Below are positions 12,626 through 26,359 of a DNA stretch of 64,000 nucleotides, piece by piece; the first letter of the stretch is position 1; each line of letters opens with the position of its first letter. The stretch comes from Laetmonice hystrix (Eukaryota). The position numbers and the translations under genes are program-made. The notes beneath the pieces were generated by a model. It ran no database searches and was not told where the DNA came from. It saw only the letters and a list, made by a program, of their open reading frames with translations. Location: positions 23,376,001 to 23,440,000 of the forward strand of contig OZ249436.1 in NCBI GenBank assembly GCA_965235115.1. The letters are read 5' to 3'.

Positions 12626-13975
12626 TATGTATAACTAATTCTGAAAGATTTATTCAACGTATAAGTAAAAATATCCAGTTGACGACGGTTCGTGAGAATC
12701 GACCGTTACACGTACACATTCACTGGATTTCATTTTGGCGATTTTTTTTGGCTGCTGCCGCATTGCCGCATTACCGTTGCCGTTGCCGCAAAAACGCTAC
12801 ATGTGTACACGGCTTAAGGCATTTAAACCCAGAGAGGCCGTTTTGTCTACATAAGGGCTCTTGGCCTGTGGCTCCGAGCTATTATGCAATACAGCAGGTA
12901 ATAAATGAGTAATTCATTGGCCGCTGATTCACTAACGGTGGGTTCATAACGTGAGTTTTGTACGTAATTTCCCGCAATTTCTGCTGTAATTACTGTAGGC
13001 TCACCTGTCAATACTTCCAGTTTGACAGGTATGGTGGGAAAGCGAAGAAAAGTGTTTCTGCCAAAATACAGCGGAGTCCGAAACAGGTCTAATCAAAATC
13101 GTCCGTCTTCCACGTGACTTCGCGAGAGTCACGAGGCGAGTACTGGTAATTGGGATCCGAGGATGTTCGATTGTTTGGCTGTCTCATCGGCGTTTTCTGC
13201 CTCAAGTATTTATTTTCGCCATTAAGACTGATTGACCACGCCGCATCCTCCCAAATCGTGCGTAATTACCTTTGTCGAGGCGAAAGTGGTCTAATAACTC
13301 CTGCTGCAAGCTCAAAGCGCGGCTCCGAGAACGCAGCGCACGGAACGGTCCCATGTCAAGTTGGCCCGGGACGATTTACCATTCTCCTCACGCATGACAA
13401 ATTAATTTAAAACGCCGCTCACGAGAGCGACTGCACAAATGGCCCGCCATAATCTGAGAGTGTTCTCTCCCCTGAAGAGGGTTATGATTAAAATGTCAAA
13501 TAATAGAATGGCACGATCTTATCACTAGGGAATGAAAATGTGACAATGGGCCAATGTCGGCGGTTTCCAAGCTGCTGCTACATTTCCGGAGGCAAAAGAT
13601 TAATTCCAATCATAAAGTCTTTATTGAATTAGGCGATCAATAAACGGAGATTATGTAAAATGTGCCGCGGTGGGCGCCTTGCGAGATGCTGCGTCGCCAA
13701 TGAATAATCGGTATATTCGAATAAATCCGAAATATCTGCTGATATCCCGTGTCAAGTCATGTCTGGTTTCACGATAACAATGCAATATGTACTACAAGGA
13801 GAAATTATCATAATGTTGATCGTGTAGTAGAAACGTATTTGATTCGATTCTTTTGACAACATGGAACATGGTTATAATTATGTGGAAGGAAGACGATATA
13901 CAAAATTAATATGGACGGGTTCGAATGCTTGCGTCGGTCATTTTGAAGGGGTTGGATAATGTAACACATGGGAGT

Positions 13976-13976
<1 letters not shown>

Positions 13977-14040
<64 letters not shown>

Positions 14041-14042
14041 TT
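13977..14042. repeat. (TTA)n microsatellite, probably the (TAA)n 3' tail of the adjacent minus-strand LINE
   Basis: Direct reading; lies just 3' of the RT relic. Confidence 0.9.
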
Positions 14043-14149
14043 ATTTCACCTCCAGATTGAAGAATACATACAGCATATCACAGATAGTACATCACAGATA
14101 TCATAGATATCACAGATAAAATAACTTAAATAATTCTAATACTTCTAAT

Positions 14150-15445
14150 AGTAACTTAAAACCTATTGCAGAGCAGTGGTCAATAGGTGAACCAATACAT
14201 ATTCCTCTGAATATGGTTTGATAAAATTTTCATGATGAAGTAGCACCTTTATTGAGTCTACATGCCCATCCATGTTTTGCACATGATTAAGACTGCTTGG
14301 GGGTTAAAAACAAGATTAACTGGTGACTGACCAGATCGAACAACTCTCTCTAGAAGAGATCCAGGAGACAGGGAGCCAAATAAAATATACTAGGACAGGT
14401 GAAACGTACACAATTTACGTGTTGGACTGGATACTTTCCATATTCAATGGAAGAGAGACAGTTGTTTCTTAAATATAATATCATCAACACGCTGAATATT
14501 TAGAGCGTGAAGTAACTGTGTATTATGAGACCTCTTGCTCAGCCCAAGACTTTGCTTAACCAGTTGGCCTTGTATAGACTCTAATTTCTGGACCTCCTTA
14601 TTAGTGATGCTCATGCTGTCTATACCATATGTGAGCGTTGGTTGGCAAATACGTTTAAAAAGATAGCTTTGTACCTCAGTTGTAGCACCTGGATATACCA
14701 TACCAACTTGTGATAAACCATAAAATGACTGCCTACACTTCGTAACGCGATGATTTACATGGTCTGAGGATGATCCACTGGCATTAAAGATGTTGCCCAG
14801 TATTTCTAGTTTATCTACCTGAGGCAGCTCAGTTTCCTCCATAGACCACTGTGGTTCCGTAATAAAAGAACATTTTCCAACAACCATACATTTTGATTTT
14901 TCTTTGTTAAACTTGAATCGCCATCTATTACTATATTGTACGCACGTGTTAATTAATTGTTGCAGGCCAGACACAGAGACACAAAATAGCGATATATCAT
15001 CAGCATATGCAAATGAATTATGAATGGAATCACCGATACCTATACCCAAATCAGCAGTTTGTAGGTAGGACAGTAATTGGTTAATAAAAATATTAAACAG
15101 ATATGGTGACAGTACACTCCCTTGCCGGGTGCCTCGTGTTACTTTAAACACTATACTATGATAACCATTCCATTTTACTATAGCATTTAAATTTATGTAC
15201 CATTCATATAGAAATAACCATTCATGTGCTTCTACAACACTGATAAGCTTTAAGAATAGTGATACATGACATACTGTATCAAAACACTTTTCTGCATCTA
15301 GACTAGCAAGAAATAAGGGCGTCTGTTGATCTTTACAGTGAGCCATGATATCATTCAACAGGTTACAAGCCATACCTGTCCCTCGACCCTCTCGAATGCC
15401 ATACTGGTTATCACTAATTTGCTCTACTGGTATCAAAGTATAGAG
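14150..15445 (-). pseudogene. 5'-truncated non-LTR retrotransposon ORF2 (RT), RTEX/CR1-group-like
   Basis: ORF 14444-15436: QYGIREGRGT, LDAEKCFD, GTRQGSVLSPYLFN, YADD. A coding-like tail continues past stops (DGHVDSIKVLLHHENFIKPYSEE). Clade uncertain. Confidence 0.85.
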
Positions 15446-15594
15446 TCCGAATGATTGTTTCGGTTATATAACGGAAGGTTCAAATGGGCTAATGATAACA
15501 AAACATCGCATTGTTGCCGCATATCAGAAATGTGCTCCGGCATTTGTTATAGAAATGGAAGCCAGAAAGAGAAAAAGAAAAGAAAAAGGAAGAA

Positions 15595-15720
<126 letters not shown>

Positions 15721-15899
15721 AAAATGAGAATACAATGACGAGAAAAGAGAAAGGTGGTCAGGTGAGCAACATAAGGCAGCAGCCCAGAAGTGGTTCGGAC
15801 ACTCGAAAATTTACATGTACATCTAATTGGATATTAGATTACACATACTTATCATCGTGTGAGCTAATGACGACAAAAATGGCATGGTTGCCGTAAACC

Positions 15900-16100
15900 A
15901 TAGATGAAAGGCAATATGGTTTCGGAAAAAAAATATTCAACTAACCGAGCTGTAATCGAACTTATTACGAAAATATATCAAGCCTTCGATAATAATAATT
16001 ATACGGCTGCCGTGTTTTTGCATTTGTCAAAAGCTTTTGATACCATAGATCACACGATCCTGAAAAATAAACTAAAACATTAGGGTATTAGAGGTAAATG
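15900..16100 (+). pseudogene. Short CR1/L2-type RT fragment
   Basis: Manual translation: DERQYGF / YSTNRAVIEL...AVFLHLSKAFDTIDHTILKNKLKH*GIRG, with one frameshift and one stop. Confidence 0.75.
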
Positions 16101-17104
16101 TACAAATGACTTACCTGCATGCCCATAAGTGGCATGAAGTATACGTATTTTATTCAAAACAATAAAATGTAAAATGTTTGGGCACTACTTTCCCTTCTTT
16201 TACCGAGCGCCATGATCATCCCTAGTTTTCAGTTACACAGTGACGGACCGTAGCCTGACCCAAATACTATTATTTTTAAAGCACTCCTCAAATTTCTTGC
16301 AGTAGATTTCAACATCAGAATAAATTCTTTCTTCATACCTGTGTCCAGAGAAAATAAAATTATGTTTCGTTATTGAGACGCTTCCTCTGTCTTAGGTTGT
16401 TCGAGTACTTCTATCAGAGATTTTTAACGGTTTAATGCAAGGTCTGTTGTTTTAACAGGAAGAAATCGGGTTCAACTTTTGGCTTTGTAGGCATAAATTA
16501 GGCCTACCTTTCCAGTAATACCGCTCTGCGATCTTCAAAATAATAGTTTTTAGAAATCGGGTTCAACTGTTAACTTTATAGGTATAAATTAGGCCTACCT
16601 TTCCAGTAATATTGCTCTGCGATCTTCAAATAGGTTGTTTTCTGTTGAGAAGTGCCCTCCAGTTATGGCATTTCTTTATTGCTTTATTTACCCTGGCTAG
16701 ACGTCAGCGTTGCCGCTGGTTTTCACAGTCAGCCAGCAAGTTGTATAGCGTCAGAGAGTTTCACAATTACAGAATTCTGTATATTTAACAAACATTTAAA
16801 GAAAACAAGGCCCTCCCAGGGCTCTTAGTCATTAAAAGTAATACAAACATGGATACGTATGAGAGACAGCACAAGTGAGTTCAGTTGCCAACGTGAGAAA
16901 CTCAATCGGGAGTTATTATAATACATGCCGTGCAATATATCACAGTACAGTCGTAAACTCTAGGCCATACACATGCACATTGTAGTAGCTATCTCAAGAC
17001 GCTATCATGCAATTGGAACGACATAAGCGTTACACAGGGCCGAACAATGCACACCGTGATGATAGGTTCATTCATCAATTGGGAAAAGGGTTGAGCTCAG
17101 CATA

Positions 17105-18015
17105 CAGTTCTTCTGATAGTACTTAAACTGGTTGTATGTTGGGATGTTTCGTATGCTTACTGTTAGGTCATTCCAGGCTATGTCACCTCTATATAGCGGG
17201 TTTCTCTTAAATTTTTCCAGTTTAGGTTGCGGGACCTTAAACACTAGGGCCTCATGAGTTCTGGTATGTTTCGAGTATCAACAATATCTAGAAAATGTTG
17301 TTGCTTGTACATAAAGTTTCTGAGGTGTGCCAGCCTTCGTGGGGCTAATTTTGCAGTGTTGCACCTTCGATGTATAAGTCGGTGGTTGAGATATAACCCA
17401 TTTCGTTAATACAGATTCTGAGACCGCGGTTCTGTAAAGTTTGGAGTTTTTTCATATCAGACTGGTTACCACCATCATATATGATGTCCCCATAATCCAG
17501 GATGGGAAGAATCATAGTTTTATATATCGCTAAGCTCACTTGGAATGTAATAAGCCCCCTTATCTTAGAAAATATATAAATTTTGTGTGCAGTTAGTCGA
17601 TGACAGTTGTCAATATGCTTGTTGAAGGTTATAGGTGAGCATCCAGTGTAATTCCTAAATATTTATAGCAGTATGTCCGTTCAATACTCCTGTTATTAAA
17701 CACCAGGTTATGGTTCTTGATCTTTTTGGTTTGTGATTTTAACCCATATAGTACATATTTAGTCTTTTTAGAGTTGATAGTCAGCTTATTACTCACAGCC
17801 CATTCAGCTAAACCAGTCAAGTCATCTTGGATATGTCTGGTGACATCAGCGATGACTCTGCCAGACTTAAAGACTACGGTATCATCTGCATGGAGTTGGA
17901 TGTTTGAAAAACGTATGGCAGTAAACATATCATTTACATAAACTAGGAAGAGTAGAGGGCCCAGAACCGATCCTTGCGGTACTCCACAGACAATTCCCTT
18001 TTTCTCTGAGAGAGC
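17105..18015 (-). pseudogene. CR1/L2-group LINE 3' fragment (RT C-terminal half)
   Basis: CGVPQGSVLGPLLFLVYVND, LHADDT, YKYLGITLD, IYKTMILPILDYGD and LQTLQNRGLR, with stops and frameshifts. Confidence 0.88.
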
Positions 18016-19579
18016 GTTGTTGTTATCGGCATCATGAACAATTGACACAATATCAAAAAGCCATTGCTCGCGGTCGTAGTCAGAGTGGCGCCGGGCCTCA
18101 GGGGCCAAGCTCCCGTCAACATCACACGCATGCACGAATCCAAGTGGGACGAATGCAGGCGGCCGAAACCCACGGCTGCCCAGATCCGTGTCCACCCTGA
18201 TATGTCCCCTGACATCGGTAGGCTTTTCCTAGCCATTCCTCATCACTATCGATGGTTTTCGTCTATGTTCTAACAAATTTTGCTTATAAGTTGTCAACGT
18301 CCGCTGCCTTCCAAATCGATCAACGCAACAGGTGCGTCAGCTTTTAGTTCCTCCCAAACTGGAGAGCAGTCCCAAGGAGCAGACGGTGAATGGCGGCCTT
18401 CACCAGCTGAGCAGGTTGTAAGAAGCCTCCGGCACTAAAGTGCCTATATCTTAACCATCTGAGCACCAATTGTGTTCAAATATTTTTTAACTTGCTTAGA
18501 ATATCACGGCATGTGTGCCTGGCCTGTACAGACTGGCGATGGTCTTTTCTTTTAAGTATTTTCGAGAAACTGGGCCCTAGTCACATATTTAGTGGAACTA
18601 TGGGGTAAATAAACACAACTGCCAACAAATAACTTGTAACCAATCGATAATAACGGTTCAATCTTAAATTACCACCGTAAATTCTCTTTTCCTCTGATTG
18701 AAGGACGTACAATATTTTTCCATCGGAATCGAAACCTGAAAGCCTAAGTACGTTTAATAGGGTTATTCCCATTGGCCTATTGTTGAAAGGGAAAACGCAT
18801 TGCACCGGCTAAAATGGTCTTTCTGTATCCTCTCATTTGATTCGATCCAGCAACCAGCGGCCCTCACCTGCTCATAACGTCCTCAGCTGGTGACCGTAAC
18901 GCAAAATAGGGTGAATACTTAGACTTAGACTTATCATTTCAAACTTGTTTGATTTTTTGTTTGATGTTGCATAAACCTTACCCATTCCGCCACCTGACGA
19001 CTAATTAGGGAACTGCCTTAAGAAGCTGTTGTCACAGTGAGGTGTTGCTCTCAGGTACTTTTACGACCACTAATGGGGATTGTGTAACGACTGCCAATAT
19101 TGGTCACATTGCAGATAGCGACTTCTAACATTGCAAGCGCTAACACTTGTGACAACATGGGGTATCTGATATGGAACGGCACGGTCAGTAGGGCCGTTAG
19201 TAGTCGCAAAAAATTAAGGATCGCAAAGGTTTTAGTGGTCCTTAAGGCAAAAAAATATGCAACGAGGCCCAGGCGCTTTATCTTGGGAGACGATGACTTT
19301 TTCTTCTCTTCGTGTTCTTTGTGTCCTTTACTGGGAGCATCCGGGACATGGGGTTTCTTGTGGAGGGCAAAACATAAGACATCTATGCCTACAATGTAGG
19401 CCTACATGATTTTATCCTTTATTTACCGGATAACAAGCACTAAGTCTTAGTACTAGCCCTAGCTAGGTATCTACTATAGGTCTATACGGTGTAGTGTTTT
19501 CCATTCAGCAGAAATACTTGGTCGCCCAACTACTTATGTTTTTTTACCATACTAGCCCATTATAAACAAGCTTGTGAAG

Positions 19580-21870
19580 CTTATAGCCCCCACCAAGAAC
19601 TATGGATTCTTGAAGAAACGATGCACGACTTCAATTGATCTTTGAAGGGCAAAGAAAATATTGCCAAATGAAACTTCGTATGTACTTCGTCCGCATCTTA
19701 TAGTAACTATGCAGTTATGTACAATTTGATAGTGTTATCCAACGTGAAGTGTTTTGTCTAGATACAGGCAATTGCAAATATGCTTGACCTTGATTGACCT
19801 TTAGAGGTCAGTTATGTACAGTTTGATAGCGTTATCCGGCGTAAAGTATTTTCTAGATACAGGCAATTGCAAATATGCTTGACCTTGATTGACCTTTGGA
19901 GGTTAGTTAAATTCATGGAAATTCATGATTTTCTCTCTCAATTTTTACTAATATTAGTAAATTTCACCAGACCCCGTCAGAGTCACAGCCCACCAACTGA
20001 GTAGGGACTAATTATCTGTAGGTCCAGGAACTATGTGTACTTTTGGCACGCTTGTTGCCCCTCATGCCTTCTGTCACCAAGAAAGAAGGACAGAAAATGT
20101 CAGAGTTATTGTTTCGAATTTCTTCATATCCAAGATGGCCACCAAGCAGCCATTTTTAATGATATGGTTGACCTGTGTCCTCCTTAGACTGTCCCTGGTT
20201 ATTATGTAATGTTTCATGCAAGTTTAGATGTTGTTATCTTCAACTGGTTTGGAGATACAGGCCATTAAAATATGCATGACCTTAATTGACCTTTCAAGGT
20301 CGCTCAAGGTCATGGGAAATGGCGCCAAATGATACTTAATATATGACTTCCTATCTGTCAATAATATACACATGTTGACTGGTCAAGAGGGCAACAGCAT
20401 AAGTCTGTTCCCCCCGAGGGCCATGCTGATCACCCCAAAATCAATCTATTTCCCGAGGGCATCGCCCGAGGGAAATAGATTGATTTTGGGGTAAAATCAA
20501 TCTATTTCCCGAGGGCATCGCCCGAGGGAAATAGATTGATTTTGGGGTGATCAACATGGCCCGAGGGGGGAACAGACTTATGCTGTTGCCCGAATAAGGC
20601 CAGTCAACATGAGTTTTATAACACGCCATACCTACATGCATTTCATTCAAAAGTAAACAGCGATTCCCGGCGACTGGGTGGGTTATTTTTAGTTTTCTGC
20701 CTGTGAGTGTGGCCTACATTAATTAGACGTCACTCACTGTGATGCCACACTCACTGTGATGCCACTAGCTCCTATCTAGGCCTACTCCTAGATCTGAATC
20801 TTTCTTTCATATAAATTCAAAACCCTTGTCAGTGCGGAAAAGTCGTCCGCTATTGTCTCAGAAGTTCTGCAGGCAAGGTAGGCCTATTGCTATCACGCAA
20901 CGATTTGTCGAACTATTTCCCATGGGCAATAGTTCGACAACTATTGCCCGGTAAAGCATGAGACAGCATTAAAATGATTCGGACCACGTGACCAGGAACC
21001 GACCAATCAGAGCGCAGGAAAGAAAGTAGGCGTGTTATAACAGTAACTATTGCCTTATCTTGCACCGTTTTCGAGATACGAGCCAAAAGAGTGTTATATT
21101 AATATGGCCGCCATGTCGCCATATTTGCTCTGATCTGGAAATACATTGGAATATTTATTGCCCCTCATATGCACCTTCTTTCTAACAAATTTGAAAGAAA
21201 TCGGGATCGTTTTGTCTGAGTTATTGCTCCAAATGTGATTATATCCAAGATGACCACCACGCGGCCATTTTGACTGATGTCAAAAATATTTTTGACCTGC
21301 CTCTACCTTGGACTGTACCTGATCATTATGTAATGTTTCATTAAAGATTATGTTGTTATCGTCAACTGTTTTAAAGATCCAGGCTATTGAAAATCTGCAT
21401 GACCTTGATTGACCTTTCAAGGTCGCTCAAGGTCATGGAAAATGGCGCCAAATGAAACTTCATATATGACTTCCTATCTATCAATAATAGTAACTACTGC
21501 GTCATCTTGCACCGTTTTCGAGATATAAGCCAAACCGGTGTCATTGTGGGGGTCAAGAAATAAATATGGCCGCCATGTCGCCATTATGGATCTGAATTGA
21601 AATTGTATTGCGTTGCATATTGGCCATCATTATGCCTCCTCCCTGGACCAGGTTTGAAAGAAATCGTGATTGTTTTGGCTGAGTTATTGATGAAAATGTG
21701 TTTACATCCCAGATGCCGCCAAGCGGCCATTTGAATGATATCAAAAATCTGTTTGACGTGCATCATACTCAGATCATCCCTGATCATTGTGTGAATTTTC
21801 AAAGAAATCGACCCATACACGTCTGAGAAATCGCTGTCTACGGACATACGGACGTACGTACATACGGCAG
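19580..21870 (-). mobile_element. Mosaic of HINE-like fragments (same family as 11317-12625), interrupted by the hairpin element at 20365-21040
   Basis: Repeated GACCTTGATTGACCTTTCAAGGTCGCTCAAGGTCATGG...GACTTCCTATCT cores. 21480-21860 is the reverse complement of 11360-11770. Confidence 0.6.
20365..21040. mobile_element. Non-autonomous element with a long terminal hairpin, Crypton-like
   Basis: ~240-bp palindrome at 20371-20611. TTATAACACGCC (~20616) is inverted at GGCGTGTTATAA (21029-21040). It interrupts the HINE core ...TCAATAA|(C/T)AGTAACT..., which is intact at 21481. The family call is tentative. Confidence 0.6.
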
Positions 21871-23020
21871 AACCAGCATACATGTCAAAGGGGTATTCCC
21901 GGAATTCCCCTCCTGACGTCACTATTCAGTTCATTCAACTGGTTCCCGGTGGTCTTACCCAGGGTCGACGAGGAACGATTTTCAAATATGTAATGATTTT
22001 GATTTTCTTCAACGATGCACTTTATGAAACGGAACCGACGATATATCGTAACGATTATCGTTCCTGATTGTTCTTGGCGAAGAACGATGAATTTGTCACG
22101 ACCATATGAAAAATCGCTCAAGTGTTTCATAAAATCGTTCTTAGCTTTTTTTCAATCGTTATTTCCTCGAAAAAAGTTGTTGGCCACGACCACCCCGAGG
22201 GTTGTCGTAGAATAATATAAAGGCGCGAAATGAGTGAATTTTGGCGGAATTTTACTACAACCGTGAACTATGGAGGGGAGAAGGAGGCGTCGGTGGTTCT
22301 TCGCACGAATAAACCCAATTAATAGGTTTTACGGCGACTTATTCGGGAGACGGTATCGGCAGGACAAGGTGTCAGTGATTGCACTTTCAAGAACATATGA
22401 AAACTCGCCGTTTTGCTCAACGTCCGGAGACCCAAGAGGCGGGGGGGGGGATAACTGCCCAAGAACGAGTAAGTATCATGCATATAGTCAAAGCTTGAAT
22501 TTGTGTAAAGAACCTAACATTTATTCAAAATTTTCAAAATGTATTACTTAGAAATAAGTATGGTATACTTCTTAAATAGGTTAATTCCTCTTAAAGTAAT
22601 TAAGATGCATATATCAGCAGAATTTGTAGGCCTAAAACTAACTCACTAAAAATAGGTTAATTACCCCTTCCTCATTTTGCAGATGTGTTTGGCCCTGTGC
22701 CACTACGCGACAGGGCCCAACTATAGCGTTCTGGGCGACCTCCAAGGCGTTAGCAAGCCCAACGGATAACAAGCACTAAGTCTTAGTACTAGCCCTATAG
22801 CTAGGTATCTACTATAGGTCTATACGGTGTAGTGTTTTCCATTAGGCAGAAATACTTGGTCGCCCAACAACTTCTATAAATGTTTTTAAGGCCTACCATA
22901 ATTATACCAGCCCATTATAAAAAAAATCGTAACCACGTTTTGGACTGAGAAAACGAAACATTTAGGCCTACGCTATGACATACAAAGGTAAGCCTATATT
23001 AAAAATTACATTCTGGGGTA
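21279..23020. repeat. ~1.7-kb direct repeat, copy A (copy B at 34763-36402; partial copies at ~19425-19565 and ~23230-23480)
   Basis: Colinear from GTCAAAAATAT..TTTGACCTGCCTCTACC to AAAAATTACATTCTGGGGTA. Confidence 0.9.
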
Positions 23021-25129
23021 GCCTGGCCGAAATACGTGGGGCAGTTGGCCTGCCACGTGCCACGTTCGAACGGGCCCGGGGTGTGGGTTAAAAAAACACC
23101 AAAAAACTGGAACACCCAGGGGGCAGCTGCCCCCCCCCCCCCCAGGCTACGGCCCTCCAGCTGTAACACGTATATATAGATCTACCTTTTTTCGGTAGCG
23201 ATCCATGATTGTGATGGTTTTGGAGTGTCGGCAGAACCAGCATGTGTAAAGGGGATTTCCCCGGAATTCCCCTCCTGACGTCACTATTCAGGTCATTCAA
23301 CTGGTTCCCGGTGGTCTTACCCAGGGTCGACGAGGAACGATTTTCAAATTTGTAACGATTTTGATTGTCTTCACCGATGCACTTTATGAAACGAAACCGA
23401 CGATATATCGTAACGATTATCGTTCCTGCGACGATTTTTTTTAAGAATTATCGTTCTTTTTTGGTCGTGGTTTATGAAACAGGGCCCAGGGGCGGATCTA
23501 GGTTTTCCCTAGGGGGGGGGGGGGGGTTACAGAGACGGCAACAGTGCGAGGGAGCCCTAACGGGTGGGATCCAGCAGGCGCTTATAATTGGTGGCTCGGG
23601 GGGGGGGGTTAAACCCCCTGAATCCACCCCCTGGATCCGCCAGTGTCTTCGTACTCGCATCACGTAACTTGTAGCCAAATAGCTAAACCCTCCTAAATAG
23701 CATTGAACTTATTTCACTTGCACCGAACGTGAACTTTTAGGCGGCTGTCGGCAAGCGCGGCTACCGCCCCTAGCCCTGATTCCCGATGAGCCAATAATTC
23801 AATTGGTTGGGTCGAACTGTCACCCAGGCCTCCGAGGAACATCGCCACAGAGTAGCAGCCTATGTTTTAGCTAATCCAAGATTATCTCTAAGGCGACTCT
23901 GGAACCGGAGAAATGGAGAACTAGAATTTTGGTCGACAGCTAGATAGCCGTTGTGTTCGTGCCTTGCGTTGGAAACGAGCACTGTGGGTGGCTTTGTTTC
24001 CGGCTTTGTTTTGCCGCCACACACTTGGGCAGTTTATGCCGCGGGAAATTTGTCGCGAAAACGCTTTATTTCCCACATATAAAAGCTCGGCGTCCATGTA
24101 GGCCCTACGCGAAATGTGTCCAAGTAGCATCCATGCCCACTTGACGCGATATGCCTGGCGTGCGCATATCGGAATGACGTGTAGGCTACACATAGCTAAT
24201 TAAGTCACTAAAAGGGTTGATCCACTGCGTTTTTTTGGTCGAACGACAATGGGCGACTCTGAAAACCTGTGTTCCGCGTGGCGGCAGCACCGTCTCACCG
24301 GTCCACCAGGATAAACATTAGGTTATGATCCACTATTTATTTTCTTCTATAATTTAATGTAATGTTTTGGCCATTTTCAATGTTTAAAATAATTTCTGCG
24401 AATGTCTGCTTGGCATGGCAGGTTAGATATGCATGTTTCCGACAATAAAAACTCAATTTACGTATAGGTTGAATGATTAGATTTTATTTTATCGGAGCTT
24501 CTGTTACATGACCCCAGGTGGCACCACCAAATCGACCAGAATACAGGCCTGTGATACATAACATATTGGCTAAGATTTTCCAAGGAAAGTTAAGCAGATA
24601 TTCTCTAATAATACACTGATATTATTGATCATATAGTGAACTTTTTCTCTGTGGTATTTGATGAGCACATTCAGGGGGGTTATATCCATTCTTGGCCCTA
24701 GATACATTCACTCCATAGCATTTTGAGGGACAACCAGCAGCCCATTGGCTAAATAGGGGGTCATGACCATTAGCACAGCAGCTGATGTTTGCCAAGCTGT
24801 GGCTGGAAGCCATACCGACATTGTTGTGAAATGTTATAGAGCTTGTAGACTTATTTTGCTTCCTTGATTCTGTATGAGTTTTTTAATAACACAATAGACT
24901 ACGGCTTCCAGCAACACATTATATCATTTCGTCGTCGTATACGTCGTATACGCCGGCCTAGTCAGCACATAAACTATAAGATATACTTACACATATAAAG
25001 CTTGATATCTGACTGTAACTAGAGTCTATAACTTTAACTAGTGTAAGTCGCAAACATTTAGTTGTAGCCTGTTGGCCTGGTCCTTGCTAAAACTACACAC
25101 GAGTGACATACGAGTAACATATAAGAGTA

Positions 25130-25650
25130 CATAGGCCTACAAGTAACATACGAGTACATACGAGTAACATACGAGTACATATATAACGAATAACATACCA
25201 TGCAGTACACACAACTAACATACGAGTACATACGACTACTACTGTATACTAGTATACTGTATACTAGTACTAGTATACTATACGAGTGGACACAACTAAC
25301 ATACGAGTGAGTACATACGACTACTACCGTATACTGTATACTAGTATACTGTATACTAGTATACTGTATACTATACTACTATACTATACTATACTATACG
25401 AGTACATACGACTAATACTGCATACTAGTATACTAGTATACTGTATACTACTATACTACTATACTAAATATACTATACTATACTATATGAGTATATACGA
25501 CTACTACTGTATACTAGTATACTGTATAGTAGTATACTACTATCATACCATACCATATGAGTACATTATGACTACTACTGTATACAAGTATACTAGTATA
25601 CTAGTATGCAGTGTACTAGTATACATTATACTAGTATATAGTAGTAGGCC
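25130..25650. repeat. Low-complexity TAC/TAG/ATAC minisatellite-like tract
   Basis: Repeated TACGAGTA(A)CA and TATACTAGTATACTG. Confidence 0.85.
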
Positions 25651-25880
25651 TACGTAGTTGTATATGTTTCTGATATTTATCAATGATATGCATCTTGTCG
25701 TTCATAATTCCAACCTAAAACTAGAAACTCTGATTGCCAAGCAATACAAGTAGGATCCCATTTCCCCAATGGTTTTCTATCATTACCTACATTTTTCTCT
25801 ACTTCAATTTCACTGTCCTGTGATTCAGCCAACTGTGGAACCATCCACACCAACCTGCTGGCTCACTCAACCAGGGGCAG

Positions 25881-26078
25881 GGGTGCGTTGCATAAAAAAT
25901 CCCCGCCCGTTAAATCCGCCGCTAACGGTCAGTTAACGGGATGTTGCGTTGCATAATAAATTCCCACCCGCTATCGTTCCCGTTAACTGTTGTTTATTAA
26001 CGGGCACCTAAAAGGTCCCCGCTATTTTAACGGGGCATTTTAACGGGGCGGGCGGGGAATTTTTTATGCAACGGGCCC
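25881..26078. mobile_element. 198-bp PIF/Harbinger-like MITE, CAG TSD
   Basis: TIR GGG(TG/CC)CGTTGCATAAAAAAT. CAG at 25878-25880 and 26079-26081. Empty site visible in the paralogous unit near 30345. Confidence 0.85.
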
Positions 26079-26359
26079 CAGAGCTGGCCAAGAGTTCTCT
26101 TGTAACTTCAAGAAGACCGCTTAATATAGGCCTAATCTTTTATTCCGCTCTCCTCCAATATAAGATTCAAGAATATGATATCTTATACAGTTACACCCAC
26201 AGTTATAAATACAAAGGCCCAGCTATTCAATTAAGTCTGTTCCCAGCAAGGGTCCATCAACCCACCCTGACTAAGAGGAATGGGGAGTCCCTGCCCACCC
26301 CGACCTTATCAGCAGCAGTTACGTAACGCTGCCAACACGGGGCTGGGAGAAGCGGCCGG

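Noticed and set aside
18016..18195. N-terminal extension of RT ORF 17629-18195
   Set aside because: Chance read-through into another repeat: TTATCGGCATCATGAACAATTGACAC also occurs at ~29028 and ~31688.
24622..24813. 63-aa Cys-containing ORF as a possible host exon
   Set aside because: No recognisable domain, and no supporting splice partners found.
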